Below, piece by piece: positions 1 through 10,085 of a stretch of DNA of 56,067 bases. Position 1 is the first letter of the stretch. The number at the start of each line of letters is the position of its first letter. Both the position numbers and the translations under genes were made by a program. Origin of the DNA: an uncultured Oscillospiraceae bacterium (GTDB taxonomy: Bacteria > Bacillota > Clostridia > Oscillospirales > Oscillospiraceae). The stretch is from the NCBI GenBank assembly GCA_964514175.1, contig CAZEPQ010000001.1, forward strand, positions 1 to 56,067. Direction: 5' to 3'. Below the pieces are notes generated by a model, which was not told where the DNA came from, made no database searches, and saw only the letters and a list, made by a program, of their open reading frames with translations.

Positions 1-1
1 G

Positions 2-457
2 ATCAATGGCATGCTTGGCAGCATCGACGCGAATCAGGGGGATTACCTTCTGGGGTGGGACACCGATGAATTTCCCTTTGATGTGTATGAGACAACCATG
101 TGTATGTACGAAGTGCTGAAGGCCGGAGGACTTACCGGAGGCTTTAACTTCGATGCCAAGAACCGCAGACCTTCCTACACTGCGGAGGATATGTTCCAGG
201 CCTACATCCTTGGAATGGACGCATTTGCGCTAGGTCTCATTAAGGCCGCCAAACTGATCGAGGACGGACGAATTGATCGTTTCGTGGAAGAACGCTATGC
301 AAGCTACAAAAGTGGGATCGGAGCGAAAATTCGTTCCGAAGAAACCACGCTGGAGGAATTGGCTGCTTATGCAGAGAATATGGGCGCACCTCAGTTGCCC
401 GGATCCGGTCGTCAGGAGTATCTCGAAAGCATTGTAAACCAGGTGTTGTTCTCCTGA
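2..457 (+). CDS. xylA: xylose isomerase, C-terminal ~150 aa (5-prime end lies outside the window)
   Basis: The frame is open from the window edge. The translation [31 protein letters not shown]...[11 protein letters not shown] matches the conserved C-terminal part of class II xylose isomerases. A xylulokinase gene follows directly. Confidence 0.9.
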   Translation: MNGMLGSIDANQGDYLLGWDTDEFPFDVYETTMCMYEVLKAGGLTGGFNFDAKNRRPSYTAEDMFQAYILGMDAFALGLIKAAKLIEDGRIDRFVEERYASYKSGIGAKIRSEETTLEELAAYAENMGAPQLPGSGRQEYLESIVNQVLFS

Positions 458-470
458 AAGGAGCGAAGCC

Positions 471-1949
471 ATGTACGACATTGGAATTGACCTTGGAACT
501 TCCTCGGTAAAATTACTGTTGCTCTCCCGGCAGGGCCAGGTCATAAACACCGTCAGCCGCAGCTATCCCATAGAATTTCCCCATCCCGGCTGGTCTCAGC
601 AAAATCCGGAGGATTGGTGGAATGCGATTCTGGACGGAATGCCTGCACTGCTGAAGGATCTCGATCCTGCAAGAATTGGCGGTATTGGCGTAGCCGGTCA
701 AATGCATGGATTGGTTGCACTGGATAAGGACAATCAGGTGATCCGTCCTGCCATTCTATGGAACGATGGCCGGACTGCGGAAGAAACGGTATATCTCAAT
801 GATAGAATCGGAAAGGAGTTCCTTCTCGAGCATACAGGAAATATCGCCTTTGCCGGATTTACCGCCCCGAAGCTACTGTGGATGAAGGCAAACGAGCCAG
901 AAGCCTTTTCCAGGATTGCTAAGGTAATGCTGCCCAAGGACTACGTTAACTATCGGCTGACAGGACAATTTACCACAGACTACTCTGACGCGGGGGGCAC
1001 CCTGCTTCTGGATGTCCAGCACAAACGCTGGAGCCTGGAAATGCTGAACATCTGTGGCCTCACAGAAGCAAATATGCCGGAGCTGCACGAAAGCCACGAT
1101 GTGATCGGAACGATTCTCCCGGCTGTAGCCGAAACATTGAACCTTCCCCCCACAGTTACGGTGGTCGCAGGGGCTGGGGACAATGCGGCAGCCGCCGTCG
1201 GCACCGGGTGCTTGCAGGAGGGCCAGTGCAACCTTTCCCTCGGAACATCGGGAACCGTGTTCCTTCCTTCCAATAGATTCCTGATGGATAAGGAGAATGC
1301 CACCCATGCATTTTGCCACGCCACAGGGAAATATCATCTCATGGGATGTATGCTTTCGGCGGCCTCCTGTCTGAAGTGGTGGACTGAAGAAATTTGTAAA
1401 ACCACAGACTATGCCGGTCTCCAGAACGAAATTTCGTCAGAACGACTGGGAAAGAATCATGTCTATTTCCTGCCATACCTGATGGGAGAGCGGGCTCCCC
1501 ACAACGACCCCTACGCCCGTGGAACCTTTGTCGGCATGACAATGGATACCTCTCGGTCTGATATGACGCAGGCAGTTCTGGAAGGAGTCGCCTTCGCATT
1601 CCGCGATATGCTGGAAGCGGCAAAAGCCCTTGGCCTCCGGATTGAGAAAAGCACCCTGTGCGGTGGTGGGGCCCAGTCGGATATATGGAAAGAGATTTTG
1701 GCGAATGTACTGAACGTCCGGCTGGACTTGCTGGAGGAAGAACAGGGTCCCGGACTGGGGGCTGCAATCCTCTCCGGGTTTGGCCGCGGCATCTATACCA
1801 GTCTCGCGTCCGCATCGGAAGCCACTGTCCGCATTGTCGGAACGGTAGAACCGGAGCAGCCTCTGGTTTCCGCATATTCCAGATGCTATCAAAGATTCCG
1901 GATGCTTTATCCTGCACTGCAAGGCGTATTCGCAGCAACGGAAGGATAA
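471..1949 (+). CDS. xylB: xylulokinase (FGGY carbohydrate kinase family)
   Basis: 492 aa. N-terminal MYDIGIDLGTSSVKLLL is the FGGY phosphate-binding motif; GAGDNAAAAVGTG and C-terminal CGGGAQSDIW motifs are present. The start lies 13 nt after the xylA stop and is preceded by AAGGAG. Confidence 0.9.
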   Translation: MYDIGIDLGTSSVKLLLLSRQGQVINTVSRSYPIEFPHPGWSQQNPEDWWNAILDGMPALLKDLDPARIGGIGVAGQMHGLVALDKDNQVIRPAILWNDGRTAEETVYLNDRIGKEFLLEHTGNIAFAGFTAPKLLWMKANEPEAFSRIAKVMLPKDYVNYRLTGQFTTDYSDAGGTLLLDVQHKRWSLEMLNICGLTEANMPELHESHDVIGTILPAVAETLNLPPTVTVVAGAGDNAAAAVGTGCLQEGQCNLSLGTSGTVFLPSNRFLMDKENATHAFCHATGKYHLMGCMLSAASCLKWWTEEICKTTDYAGLQNEISSERLGKNHVYFLPYLMGERAPHNDPYARGTFVGMTMDTSRSDMTQAVLEGVAFAFRDMLEAAKALGLRIEKSTLCGGGAQSDIWKEILANVLNVRLDLLEEEQGPGLGAAILSGFGRGIYTSLASASEATVRIVGTVEPEQPLVSAYSRCYQRFRMLYPALQGVFAATEG

Positions 1950-2025
1950 ACCATTCACAACAGGAATGCACTTACACTTTGTGTATGCAGATAATACGTA
2001 CAAATCACAAAAAGGAGATGTTGTT

Positions 2026-3678
2026 ATGAGCAAAAAGATTTTGGCAATGATTCTGGCTCTGACCATGGCGCTTGGCCTGCTGGCCGGCTGCGGTGGAACT
2101 ACAGAATCCGCAAGCGTTGCTGAATCGTCCGCAGCAACTTCCACAGCAGAAGCCCCGGAAGCTGTCGAAGCACCCGCTGTAGAGGAAAGCGAAGCACTTT
2201 CCACCGGTGGATTGGAGCTGCCTCTCGTAGACGAGCCCACAACCCTGACACAGTGGTGGGGCGGATTTAACAGCGACGAGCTTGGCATTGCCACTCCCGC
2301 AGAGGTTCTGGTTTCCATAGAGGCTGAGAAACGCACCGGAATCCATGTGGACTACATCGTTTGCGGCGAAAGTGCCGCGGCTGAAGTAGGCGCCATTATG
2401 TATGCCGCTGGCGACTACTGCGACATGATTTCCGGCGGTATGGTCACCTACACCGGTGGCTTTGAAAAGGGTGTTGAGGATGGCATTTACATCGAACTCA
2501 ACGACATCATTGATGAGTACTGCCCCAACTACAAGGCAATCCTTGAGGCTGATCCTGACGTGGATAAGAATGCCCGTACAGACAGCGGCAAGATCATTGC
2601 TTTCTATCAGATCGCTGACAATCCCCAGTGGCCCTGGTTTGGCGTTCTCGGCCGCGGTGACTGGCTGGAAGAGCTGAATATGGACGTCCCTGTTACCTAT
2701 GACGAGCTCCATGATGTACTGGTCGCATTCAAGAGCGAAAAGGGCGCAACCTATCCCATCGAAATCGGCTCCAGCGGCTACGGCTGGTGGTACAACTTCC
2801 TGGCAGGCTGCGGCGTGACCAACTCCTGGATGCAGATCGATGGCGAGGCTATGTACTCCCCCGTACAGGACGGCTATCGTCAGTATCTGGAGATCATGTC
2901 CTCCTGGTACGAAGAAGGTCTGGTCAACCCCGACTTTATGTCCATCAATCTGGGTGACACTACCAACATCGTCAACGGTACTGCCGGTGTGTTCCTTGGC
3001 CAGTACAACGATTGCGACACCTTCACAAAGATGATCGACGGAGCCAATGTCATCGGCTTCCCCGAACCCCGTCTGAACGCAGACGACGTAATCCACGTTG
3101 GACAGGTTAACGGCCGCATCGGCACCACCAGCAAGTGGGTCGCTATCTCCGCAAGCTGTAAGACTCCCGAGCTGGCAGCTCAGTGGATCGACTATGCATA
3201 CTCTCCCGAGGGCGAGCTGCTCAACAACTTTGGCATCGAGAACGAGACCTTCGTGTATGATGAGAACGGCGAAATTCAGTTCACCGAACTGATCACCGAC
3301 AATCCCGATGGTCTTTCCTTTACCAACGCCATGTGGCGTTACCTGGATGGCTGCTCCGGTGTGAGAAGCTACATCTGGGAGCGTGAGCTTCTGGTTGCCA
3401 GCGAAAACTCCAAGGCCTGCGAGGATACCTGGGCACACGACGGCGCTTACATTGTTCCTGACATGACCACACCTACCGCTGAGGAGAGTGCTGAGCAGTC
3501 TGCAATCATGGGCGATGTAGAAACCTATGTGAACGAAATGACGCTGAAGTTCATCACTGGACAGGCTGAACTCAACGATGACACCTGGAGTGAGTACTGC
3601 GACTATATTTACAGCCTCGGTCTGCAGGATGCCATTGACATCGAGCAGGTCGTAATGGATCGTTACTATCAGCGCTGA
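2026..3678 (+). CDS. large extracellular solute-binding lipoprotein (ABC family-1, LplA/YtcQ-like), no permease adjacent
   Basis: AAAGGAG sits 7 nt upstream of the ATG at 2026. Signal peptide plus lipobox MSKKILAMILALTMALGLLAGCGG, then an acidic linker ESSAATSTAEAPEAVEAPAVEESEAL. About 550 aa, typical of polysaccharide/oligosaccharide binding proteins. The ORF-track start at 1966 lacks an RBS. Confidence 0.85.
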   Translation: MSKKILAMILALTMALGLLAGCGGTTESASVAESSAATSTAEAPEAVEAPAVEESEALSTGGLELPLVDEPTTLTQWWGGFNSDELGIATPAEVLVSIEAEKRTGIHVDYIVCGESAAAEVGAIMYAAGDYCDMISGGMVTYTGGFEKGVEDGIYIELNDIIDEYCPNYKAILEADPDVDKNARTDSGKIIAFYQIADNPQWPWFGVLGRGDWLEELNMDVPVTYDELHDVLVAFKSEKGATYPIEIGSSGYGWWYNFLAGCGVTNSWMQIDGEAMYSPVQDGYRQYLEIMSSWYEEGLVNPDFMSINLGDTTNIVNGTAGVFLGQYNDCDTFTKMIDGANVIGFPEPRLNADDVIHVGQVNGRIGTTSKWVAISASCKTPELAAQWIDYAYSPEGELLNNFGIENETFVYDENGEIQFTELITDNPDGLSFTNAMWRYLDGCSGVRSYIWERELLVASENSKACEDTWAHDGAYIVPDMTTPTAEESAEQSAIMGDVETYVNEMTLKFITGQAELNDDTWSEYCDYIYSLGLQDAIDIEQVVMDRYYQR

Positions 3679-3691
3679 TATGATGCTTCCC

Positions 3692-3728
3692 GGCAGGCGC
3701 AAGGCATAAGCTTGCGCCTGCCCTTTTC
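3692..3728 (+). terminator. rho-independent terminator after the binding-protein gene
   Basis: 12-bp GC-rich stem ggcaggcgcaag / cttgcgcctgcc followed by cttttc. Confidence 0.6.
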
Positions 3729-3752
3729 ATTTCAACGCTACAGGAGGGCACA

Positions 3753-6641
3753 ATGAATTATCCAGATTTTTTCAGAAAACAGGATCGCAGGATTGAATCC
3801 GAGGAAGTAACTCAGAAAAAGATTGAGGCATTGATTCGGGCAATGACACCGGAGGAAAAGCTGAGTCTGTGCCACGGTGAGGCAAAAAATCCCGAAGATG
3901 TTGGCCAGATGGGAAATGGCGGCTATATGCCAGGTCTCCCCCGGCTGGGCGTTCCAGAAATTCGGATGTATGACGGCCCGGCGGGGGTTACATCTGTATA
4001 TGAAACCACTGGTCTGCCGGTACAGCAAATTCTCGCATCGACCTGGTCTCCGGCACTGTCCCGCGCGTTCGGCACTGTTATGGGCAGCGAAAATGTCTCC
4101 TTCTCCGGCAACTGTCAGTTAGGCGCGCAGTTCGATATCAATCGAATCCCACATTTCGGCCGGGGCAGAGATATGCTGGGAGAAGATCCCGTGCTCGCCG
4201 GAGAAATGGCGGCGGAACAGACCCAGGGGATTCAGGCAGAGGGTGCTGTGGCCACGTTGAAGCACTTTGCCGCATATACCCAGTCCGGCTCCCCGCTTGC
4301 CAGCGCTGATTGCCAGATCGGAGAGCAAACTTTACACGAAATGTACCTGAGGCCCTTTGAAGCCGCCTGCGCCAAGGGCGGTGCCGCCGCAATCATGTGT
4401 ACTTACAATAAGATCAACGGAAAATGGGCCGCCTCCAATTCCTATCTTCATCAGTATGTACTGCGAGATCTTTGGGGGTTTCAGGGTGCGGTCATGTCCG
4501 ACTGGGGTGCAACGCACCGGCTCTGCACTCATTTGGGTATGGACATTGAGATGCCCTATGGCATGTACAACAGCAACGAGCGTATTCTAAAAGGAATCGA
4601 CGAAGGAAAAATGACATGGACAGACGTGGACAACGCTTGTCGTCATGTCCTCAATGGCCTCGCTTCCTGTGGTTATCTCAGTCTGGTTCGGCTGGATGCA
4701 GACGGTGAGGTAATGGCTGATGAAACCAGAACCATTCCAATCCACACCACGGACACCTATGCAGAGGACGTGAAAAACGGCCTCTTGGACAAAAATGCAG
4801 AAACCGCATATGAAGTTGACATTAAGGGCATTACGCTGCTCAAGAACGATTCGCAGATGCTTCCTTTGCAGGAAACGGATACGATTGCAGCCATTGGCCT
4901 TGGCGCTGTCAATCTGGTCTCCGGATATGATCAGGAGCGTTCCTTTGGCCGAATCAATCGCATGATCAGTCCCGCGGATGCATTGGGCCAGCAACTTCCC
5001 AATGTAACCTCGGCAGTTGCCATTGACGTAGTAGGATCTGCAATCCCTCAGGACGCACTGTATCAGGATGCCGCTTGCACAAAGCCCGGACTTATTCGCT
5101 CTTACGGAATCTCCGAGGCAGACGGCGAATGCCCACCGAACTTTGGCCCCGGCGGCGCAGGCCAGGAGTTCAACGGTGTCCCCGTATTTGCCGAGGATGA
5201 TGCCGACGACGATCACTACGAGGTAGATATGGCCGTTTCTATCTGCACGCCCAATGCGGCAGCAGATATGCCCGGACAGGAAACCGGCACACGAGTCTGT
5301 GTGGATGATCGCATTGAATTTCTCTGCAAATCCGAAAATCCCGCCGATCCCTATCACAACGGCCCGGAGGGAACCGCTTTTGGCTTCGGCGATGCCTATA
5401 CGTGGAAGGGCTATCTCCGAGTGCCGGAAAGCGGCACCTACACGCTGGCGATCCACGCCATCGGTGGTCAAACCGCATTCCGTATCGCCTTGGATGGTGA
5501 GAACTATGAGTTCGTGGGCAACACGAATACCCGTGAGGGTACCCACTGGGCCTGGGGCGGTATCGTTCCTACCAAGGAAGGTATGGATATTCAGTCCAGA
5601 TTGCTTTACTTGGAAGCCGAGAAAGCATATCCGATCCTCGTCTTTGCCAGAGGAACTATGCCGCACAAGGATCTGCAGGTGCGACTGGCATGGATCACCC
5701 CGGCTCAAAAGAAACTGAACTATGAAACAGCACTGAAAGCTGCAGCAACAAACAAAAAGGTCCTGCTCTTTGTTAACAGCAAGAAGGAAGCGGAAAGCGG
5801 TATGATGACATTCCCCGTGACCACTGTAAGCCTTCGGCTCCCTGACGAGCAGGAGCAGTTGCTTGCAGATGTGATCCGCACCGCAAAGGAACACGGAAAC
5901 CGAGTGGCTGTATGCCTCTTCAACTCTGTGCCAGTGGTCATGGAACATTGGATCGACGATGTGGATGCGGTGGTTGAAGCCTGGCTTCCCGGTCAGGAAG
6001 GTGGACGGGCTTTGGCTGATCTGCTTACCGGAAAGAGAAACTTTACCGGTAAACTGGCTCAGTCTCTGCCGCGGAATGACGATGACACGCTGATCACAGA
6101 TACCCCTGAGCATAAAATCCGCCGACACGATGGTTTTACTGACGATGGCAATCATTTGGTAGTAGAATTCAGCGAAGGGATCTTCTTTGGATACCGCTGG
6201 TATGACATTACCGGGCGCAAGCCTATGTTCCCGTTTGGCTATGGACTGAGCTATACTACTTACACTTATTCCAATCCTCAGGTGAATATCTCCGGTAGAA
6301 ACGTTTCTGTCTCTGTAGACATTACAAACAGCGGCACCGTTTCAGGGGACGAGATCGTACAGGTTTACATAGGTGCTGGCACCGTTCCCGCGTATGCACA
6401 GGTGGCAAAAAAACAGCTCGTAGCCTTCCAGCGCGTCGAAGCGCTACAGCCCGGAGAATGCAAAAGAATTACGCTGCACATTGACCCCCGCAACCTTTGC
6501 TTCTGGGATAAGGCATCCGAAGTTGCTGTGTCCTCCTGGGGCACACTGGGAAAATGGCTGCCGGTTACCGGCGAAAGAGAAGTTTTTGTGGGCGGCAGTT
6601 CTCAGGATCTTCTTTGCGCCGGAACCATCAAAATTTCATGA
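3753..6641 (+). CDS. glycoside hydrolase family 3 beta-glucosidase/xylosidase with PA14-like insert
   Basis: 962 aa. KHFAAY motif, nucleophile motif GAVMSDWGA, PA14-like segment YTWKGYLRVPESGTYTLAIHAIGGQTAFRIALDG, and C-terminal FPFGYGLSYTTY plus an Fn3-like tail. Confidence 0.85.
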   Translation: MNYPDFFRKQDRRIESEEVTQKKIEALIRAMTPEEKLSLCHGEAKNPEDVGQMGNGGYMPGLPRLGVPEIRMYDGPAGVTSVYETTGLPVQQILASTWSPALSRAFGTVMGSENVSFSGNCQLGAQFDINRIPHFGRGRDMLGEDPVLAGEMAAEQTQGIQAEGAVATLKHFAAYTQSGSPLASADCQIGEQTLHEMYLRPFEAACAKGGAAAIMCTYNKINGKWAASNSYLHQYVLRDLWGFQGAVMSDWGATHRLCTHLGMDIEMPYGMYNSNERILKGIDEGKMTWTDVDNACRHVLNGLASCGYLSLVRLDADGEVMADETRTIPIHTTDTYAEDVKNGLLDKNAETAYEVDIKGITLLKNDSQMLPLQETDTIAAIGLGAVNLVSGYDQERSFGRINRMISPADALGQQLPNVTSAVAIDVVGSAIPQDALYQDAACTKPGLIRSYGISEADGECPPNFGPGGAGQEFNGVPVFAEDDADDDHYEVDMAVSICTPNAAADMPGQETGTRVCVDDRIEFLCKSENPADPYHNGPEGTAFGFGDAYTWKGYLRVPESGTYTLAIHAIGGQTAFRIALDGENYEFVGNTNTREGTHWAWGGIVPTKEGMDIQSRLLYLEAEKAYPILVFARGTMPHKDLQVRLAWITPAQKKLNYETALKAAATNKKVLLFVNSKKEAESGMMTFPVTTVSLRLPDEQEQLLADVIRTAKEHGNRVAVCLFNSVPVVMEHWIDDVDAVVEAWLPGQEGGRALADLLTGKRNFTGKLAQSLPRNDDDTLITDTPEHKIRRHDGFTDDGNHLVVEFSEGIFFGYRWYDITGRKPMFPFGYGLSYTTYTYSNPQVNISGRNVSVSVDITNSGTVSGDEIVQVYIGAGTVPAYAQVAKKQLVAFQRVEALQPGECKRITLHIDPRNLCFWDKASEVAVSSWGTLGKWLPVTGEREVFVGGSSQDLLCAGTIKIS

Positions 6642-6658
6642 ACAGGAGGAATTCCATC

Positions 6659-8830
6659 GTGAACGTTAGCTACTTACAAAACCCCAATGGTCCAACTCTG
6701 GGCTACTGCGATGTACCTATTTTACAGCAGGATGGTTTGTTTTTTAAAAATCTCAGTCGAACAGGGAATCTGCTCCCCTACGAAGATTGGCGACGCTCTC
6801 CGGAAGAGCGTACCGAGGATTTAGTCAAACGCCTTTCTCTGCAGCAAATGGCTGGCCTCATCATGCACCGCCTGTTAGGTGCGCCCAACAGCGGTGGAGA
6901 CGATTACGAAGAATCCTTTATTCATGCCTTTGGCATTATGGACGGGCTTGTGGACGTAGAGGACATTTGTGCCCAGCGGAATGAGATTCAGGAAAAGATG
7001 GAGTCCTTACCCTTTGGAATCCCGGCACTGATCACCGATGAAGGTGTCAACTACAGCGACGATTCTGTCCGTTCCAGTAGTTTCCGAAATGCCGGCGATC
7101 TGTTTTCAAAGTGGCCGGAGCCCTTGGGTATTGCGGCAACCTTTGATCCGAAGTATGCCCTTGGCTGGGGAACCGCCGCTTCCAGAGAGTACCGGGCTAC
7201 AGGCATTACGGTTGCACTGGAGCCACAGATCGACGTGGCAACAGAACCCAGATGGAATCGGTTTTATCAGACCTTTGGAGAAGGAGTAAAGCTGGTTACT
7301 GACATGGGAAGAGCCTTCATCGACGGCTTGCAGACTTCAGAGGGCGACCGTGAAATCCGGGATGGCTGGGGCTATGACAGTGTCTGTGCGACTCCCAAGC
7401 ATTTCCCAGGCGGGGCAACTGGCGAAAGTGGCCGTGACGCACATTTCAACTACGGGAAATACGCCGTATATCCCGGCGGTAATTTCGAAATGCACCTGAA
7501 ACCTTTTGCCGAAGGCGCCTTTCAGTTAAATGGCCCCACAAAGTCCGCCGCATACATTATGCCTTACTATACCGTATCTTATGGTCAGGATCCGGAAAAC
7601 GGCGAAAATGTGGGCAACGGTTTCTCTTCCTATATGCTGCAAACGCTGCTGAGAAAGCGGCTTGGCTTCACAGAGGGTATCTTCTCCGACTTTGGCATTA
7701 CTCCTGAGCCTGCCAACGGCACATTTATGACCGGTCGCTGCTGGGGCATTGAAGAATACTCCGATGAAGCCAAACGGCTAAAGGGCTGGCTGGCAGGAAT
7801 CTGCACCTATGGCGCCGATGACGATTTCCAGTCAATGCAGAAGGCTGTCTCCATTGCGGTAGAGCGCTATGGAGAAGCGTACGTAAGAGGCAAGCTAGAA
7901 GAAACCGTAAAGCACATGCTCCTTCATGGCTTCAAACAGGGCATGTTCGAGAACCCCTACTTAGACGCAGATCGCTCCGCACAGATTCTTGCAGACCAAA
8001 ACGCGCGAATGAACGGCTATGAGGCACAGTTAAAATCTCTTATTCTCTTGAAAAATACCAACAACACTTTGCCGATCAGCGAACGGAAAAAGGTTTACAT
8101 TCCCAATCGCACCCGCTCCGCACAGGCCAGTGCCCTGGATTTGCGATTTGCAGTGGGATTGGATGCCCTTGAGGCTGCGGAATACCTGCCGGTAAAGGAA
8201 TCCATCGTAGCGGATTACTATGACCTGGTAGCAACACCGGAAGAGGCAGATTTCGCAGTTGTATTCATGGAATCTCCTGAATCTGGTTCCGGATGGTCCC
8301 GGGCAGATAAGGAAGCCGGAGGCAACGGTTATCTGCCAATTAGCCTGCAATATCGCCCCTATACCGCAGATACCGCAAGGACTGTGAGTTTGGCAGGCGG
8401 TGATCTGTTCGAGGATTTCACGAACCGCAGCTATCGCGGAAAGTCCACCGCCACCACAAACGAATCTGATTTGGATGCCTTGCTGAACACGAAAGCACAG
8501 ATGGGGAATAAGCCCGTAATAGCGGTGCTGACTTTTTCCCGCCCAACCATTCCCGCAGAGTTCGAGCCTTATTGCGACGCAATCGTAGCTCACTCCGGCG
8601 TACAGACTGCGGCTGTAATGGATATACTCTCCGGCAAGGCCGAACCATCAGGCTTGCTCCCCTGTCAGATGCCTGCCAATATGGAAACTGTGGAAAGCCA
8701 GTTTGAGGACGTTCCCTTTGACATGGAATGCTATACTGACAGTAACGGCAATACATACGATTACGCCTTTGGCCTGAACTGGAACGGTGTAATCCAGGAT
8801 TGGCGAACCGAAAAGTACGGCCGAATTTGA
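6659..8830 (+). CDS. glycoside hydrolase family 3 protein (second, divergent copy)
   Basis: KHFPGGATGESGRDAH and GIFSDFG motifs, with a C-terminal alpha/beta domain. AGGAGG (6644-6649) lies 9 nt upstream of the GTG at 6659. An alternative ATG at 6638 overlaps the upstream stop (ATGA) but has no RBS. Confidence 0.8.
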   Translation: MNVSYLQNPNGPTLGYCDVPILQQDGLFFKNLSRTGNLLPYEDWRRSPEERTEDLVKRLSLQQMAGLIMHRLLGAPNSGGDDYEESFIHAFGIMDGLVDVEDICAQRNEIQEKMESLPFGIPALITDEGVNYSDDSVRSSSFRNAGDLFSKWPEPLGIAATFDPKYALGWGTAASREYRATGITVALEPQIDVATEPRWNRFYQTFGEGVKLVTDMGRAFIDGLQTSEGDREIRDGWGYDSVCATPKHFPGGATGESGRDAHFNYGKYAVYPGGNFEMHLKPFAEGAFQLNGPTKSAAYIMPYYTVSYGQDPENGENVGNGFSSYMLQTLLRKRLGFTEGIFSDFGITPEPANGTFMTGRCWGIEEYSDEAKRLKGWLAGICTYGADDDFQSMQKAVSIAVERYGEAYVRGKLEETVKHMLLHGFKQGMFENPYLDADRSAQILADQNARMNGYEAQLKSLILLKNTNNTLPISERKKVYIPNRTRSAQASALDLRFAVGLDALEAAEYLPVKESIVADYYDLVATPEEADFAVVFMESPESGSGWSRADKEAGGNGYLPISLQYRPYTADTARTVSLAGGDLFEDFTNRSYRGKSTATTNESDLDALLNTKAQMGNKPVIAVLTFSRPTIPAEFEPYCDAIVAHSGVQTAAVMDILSGKAEPSGLLPCQMPANMETVESQFEDVPFDMECYTDSNGNTYDYAFGLNWNGVIQDWRTEKYGRI

Positions 8831-8903
8831 CATAAGCAACTGAAATACGGCATAAAACCTCGAGGCTTTTCCTGTCTTTGTGCGGCCGTTGAGCACACCA
8901 AAA

Positions 8904-8938
8904 AATGCGCCTACCGCGTTCGTTGCGGTAGGCGCATT
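8904..8938. terminator. bidirectional hairpin terminator between the convergent GH3 and flavodoxin-like transcription units
   Basis: 14-bp perfect stem aatgcgcctaccgc / gcggtaggcgcatt. An A-run lies on the left side (a T-run on the minus strand); the T content on the right is weaker. Confidence 0.55.
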
Positions 8939-9121
8939 GTGATTTAGATATAAACCTGGCAGGTCAGGTCTTGCCACTGGTTGCGGCGGAGGATCTGTCC
9001 GTTGGCTTGGCGGAACTTCTTAGCTTCCTCGAAACCGATGGAAAATTCGAAGTACAGCTTATGCCTCCCCAGTTTTGATAGCAGCCTGGGCCGCGGTTAA
9101 GTACGGGCCGTTCTCACAAAG

Positions 9122-10024
9122 TTATGCAATACAGGTATACATGGAGTAAGGCGGTCTGGGATCGCCGGAAATCGTCAGGAAATGGTCCTCAATGATTTCC
9201 TCCAGGAAGATCTTTGCCTTGGCGATATCGCGGGGGGTGGGGCGACGCTCAAAGTCGTAGTGCCACATTCTGCAGCCGGGTCTGCCGCAACCCAGAGGGT
9301 CATTGTCCCCCATCATGCGGAAGCCTTCTCCGAAGCTGTCTTCATCTTTGGTGCCGGAGAGCTTTTTCAGCATGCGGAGCTGCTGCTTATCGTACACTTT
9401 GAATTCCTCTGCATCGGGATTCTCTTTAAAGCGTTGCATGAGTGCCTGTGCCTGATCGATGTTGATATTCAGCTTCTCTGCCAGATTGTCCACGGACTCA
9501 TGACGGAGCTCCTTGCCGGGGCAGGCGAATTTGCCAACTGTGCGGACACCGTTGACACGCATGTGCTCCACCAGAACCTCAATGGCCCCGATAACTTCCG
9601 CAGGGCCAACACCACTGCCGCCGTAGGTAGCAAAAACCACACCGTACAGGGTTTTGCAGAATTCGCCCTTGGCGCCGGGAGCAGAATAGCCCTGAGGGGG
9701 CGCCACGACACCGGGGATTCCGGGACCCATTTCCGGCGGCTTGCTGCTTTTCATGTTCTCAAGACCACATAGCCACTTTGTGCCCTGAAGACCCATGACT
9801 TCGTTAACTTCTTTATAGGGCAGTCCGGCAATGACAGGACTGCCAAGCAGGACTAGGTCATAATCTCGGATAAAGACAGGATCCTGGTCCCAGTCCCGGC
9901 TGGGCTCGATTTTCACCAGATCTGTTTCAAAGCCGTAATCGATACAGACTTCCTGAAAGGCCTTAGCGATTAACTCAGTATTTCCGGTGATGGAGCCATA
10001 CAATACCAGTGCTTTTTTGCTCAT
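9122..10024 (-). CDS. long flavodoxin-like protein, paralog F1 (300 aa)
   Basis: N-terminal ALVLYGSITGNTE is a flavodoxin FMN phosphate loop. YGGSGVG...VNGVRTVGKFACPGKE core. A Gly/Pro-rich insert and a ~100 aa C-terminal extension ending DPRPPYSMYTCIA. AAGGAG RBS. Confidence 0.7.
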   Translation of the reverse strand: MSKKALVLYGSITGNTELIAKAFQEVCIDYGFETDLVKIEPSRDWDQDPVFIRDYDLVLLGSPVIAGLPYKEVNEVMGLQGTKWLCGLENMKSSKPPEMGPGIPGVVAPPQGYSAPGAKGEFCKTLYGVVFATYGGSGVGPAEVIGAIEVLVEHMRVNGVRTVGKFACPGKELRHESVDNLAEKLNINIDQAQALMQRFKENPDAEEFKVYDKQQLRMLKKLSGTKDEDSFGEGFRMMGDNDPLGCGRPGCRMWHYDFERRPTPRDIAKAKIFLEEIIEDHFLTISGDPRPPYSMYTCIA

Positions 10025-10085
10025 AATAACTCCTTTTTAAAATCGGGAGTGCTGCATTTACAGCACTCCCGATGATTGTGTTAGA

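Noticed and set aside
1966-2025. Upstream alternative starts offered by the ORF track for several genes: 1966, 6554, 15570, 19550, 21314, 22249, 28623, 31151, 40664 and 42838.
   Set aside because: In each case an internal ATG/GTG lies 6-10 nt downstream of an AGGAGG-type RBS and fits the family N-terminus (signal peptide, Rossmann motif etc.). The longer forms lack an RBS or overlap hairpins or upstream genes.
2005-3702. 565-aa ORF antisense to the binding-protein gene. Similar long mirror ORFs occur at 4587-6155, 10485-11783, 12112-13449, 17736-19058, 19350-20852, 25703-26653, 27607-28812, 30252-31118, 32146-33813, 36605-37777 and 45483-47237.
   Set aside because: Each lies exactly opposite a gene with clear family motifs and an RBS. 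Their translations are low-complexity with no recognisable motifs or RBS. Long antisense ORFs are expected in GC-rich, codon-biased genes.
8950-9076. A short minus-strand open frame without a start codon (...LYFEFSIGFEEAKKFRQANGQILRRNQWQDLTCQVYI) downstream of F1.
   Set aside because: It is only ~40 codons, has no start or RBS, and carries no motif I can place. It may be a decayed gene remnant, but that cannot be supported.
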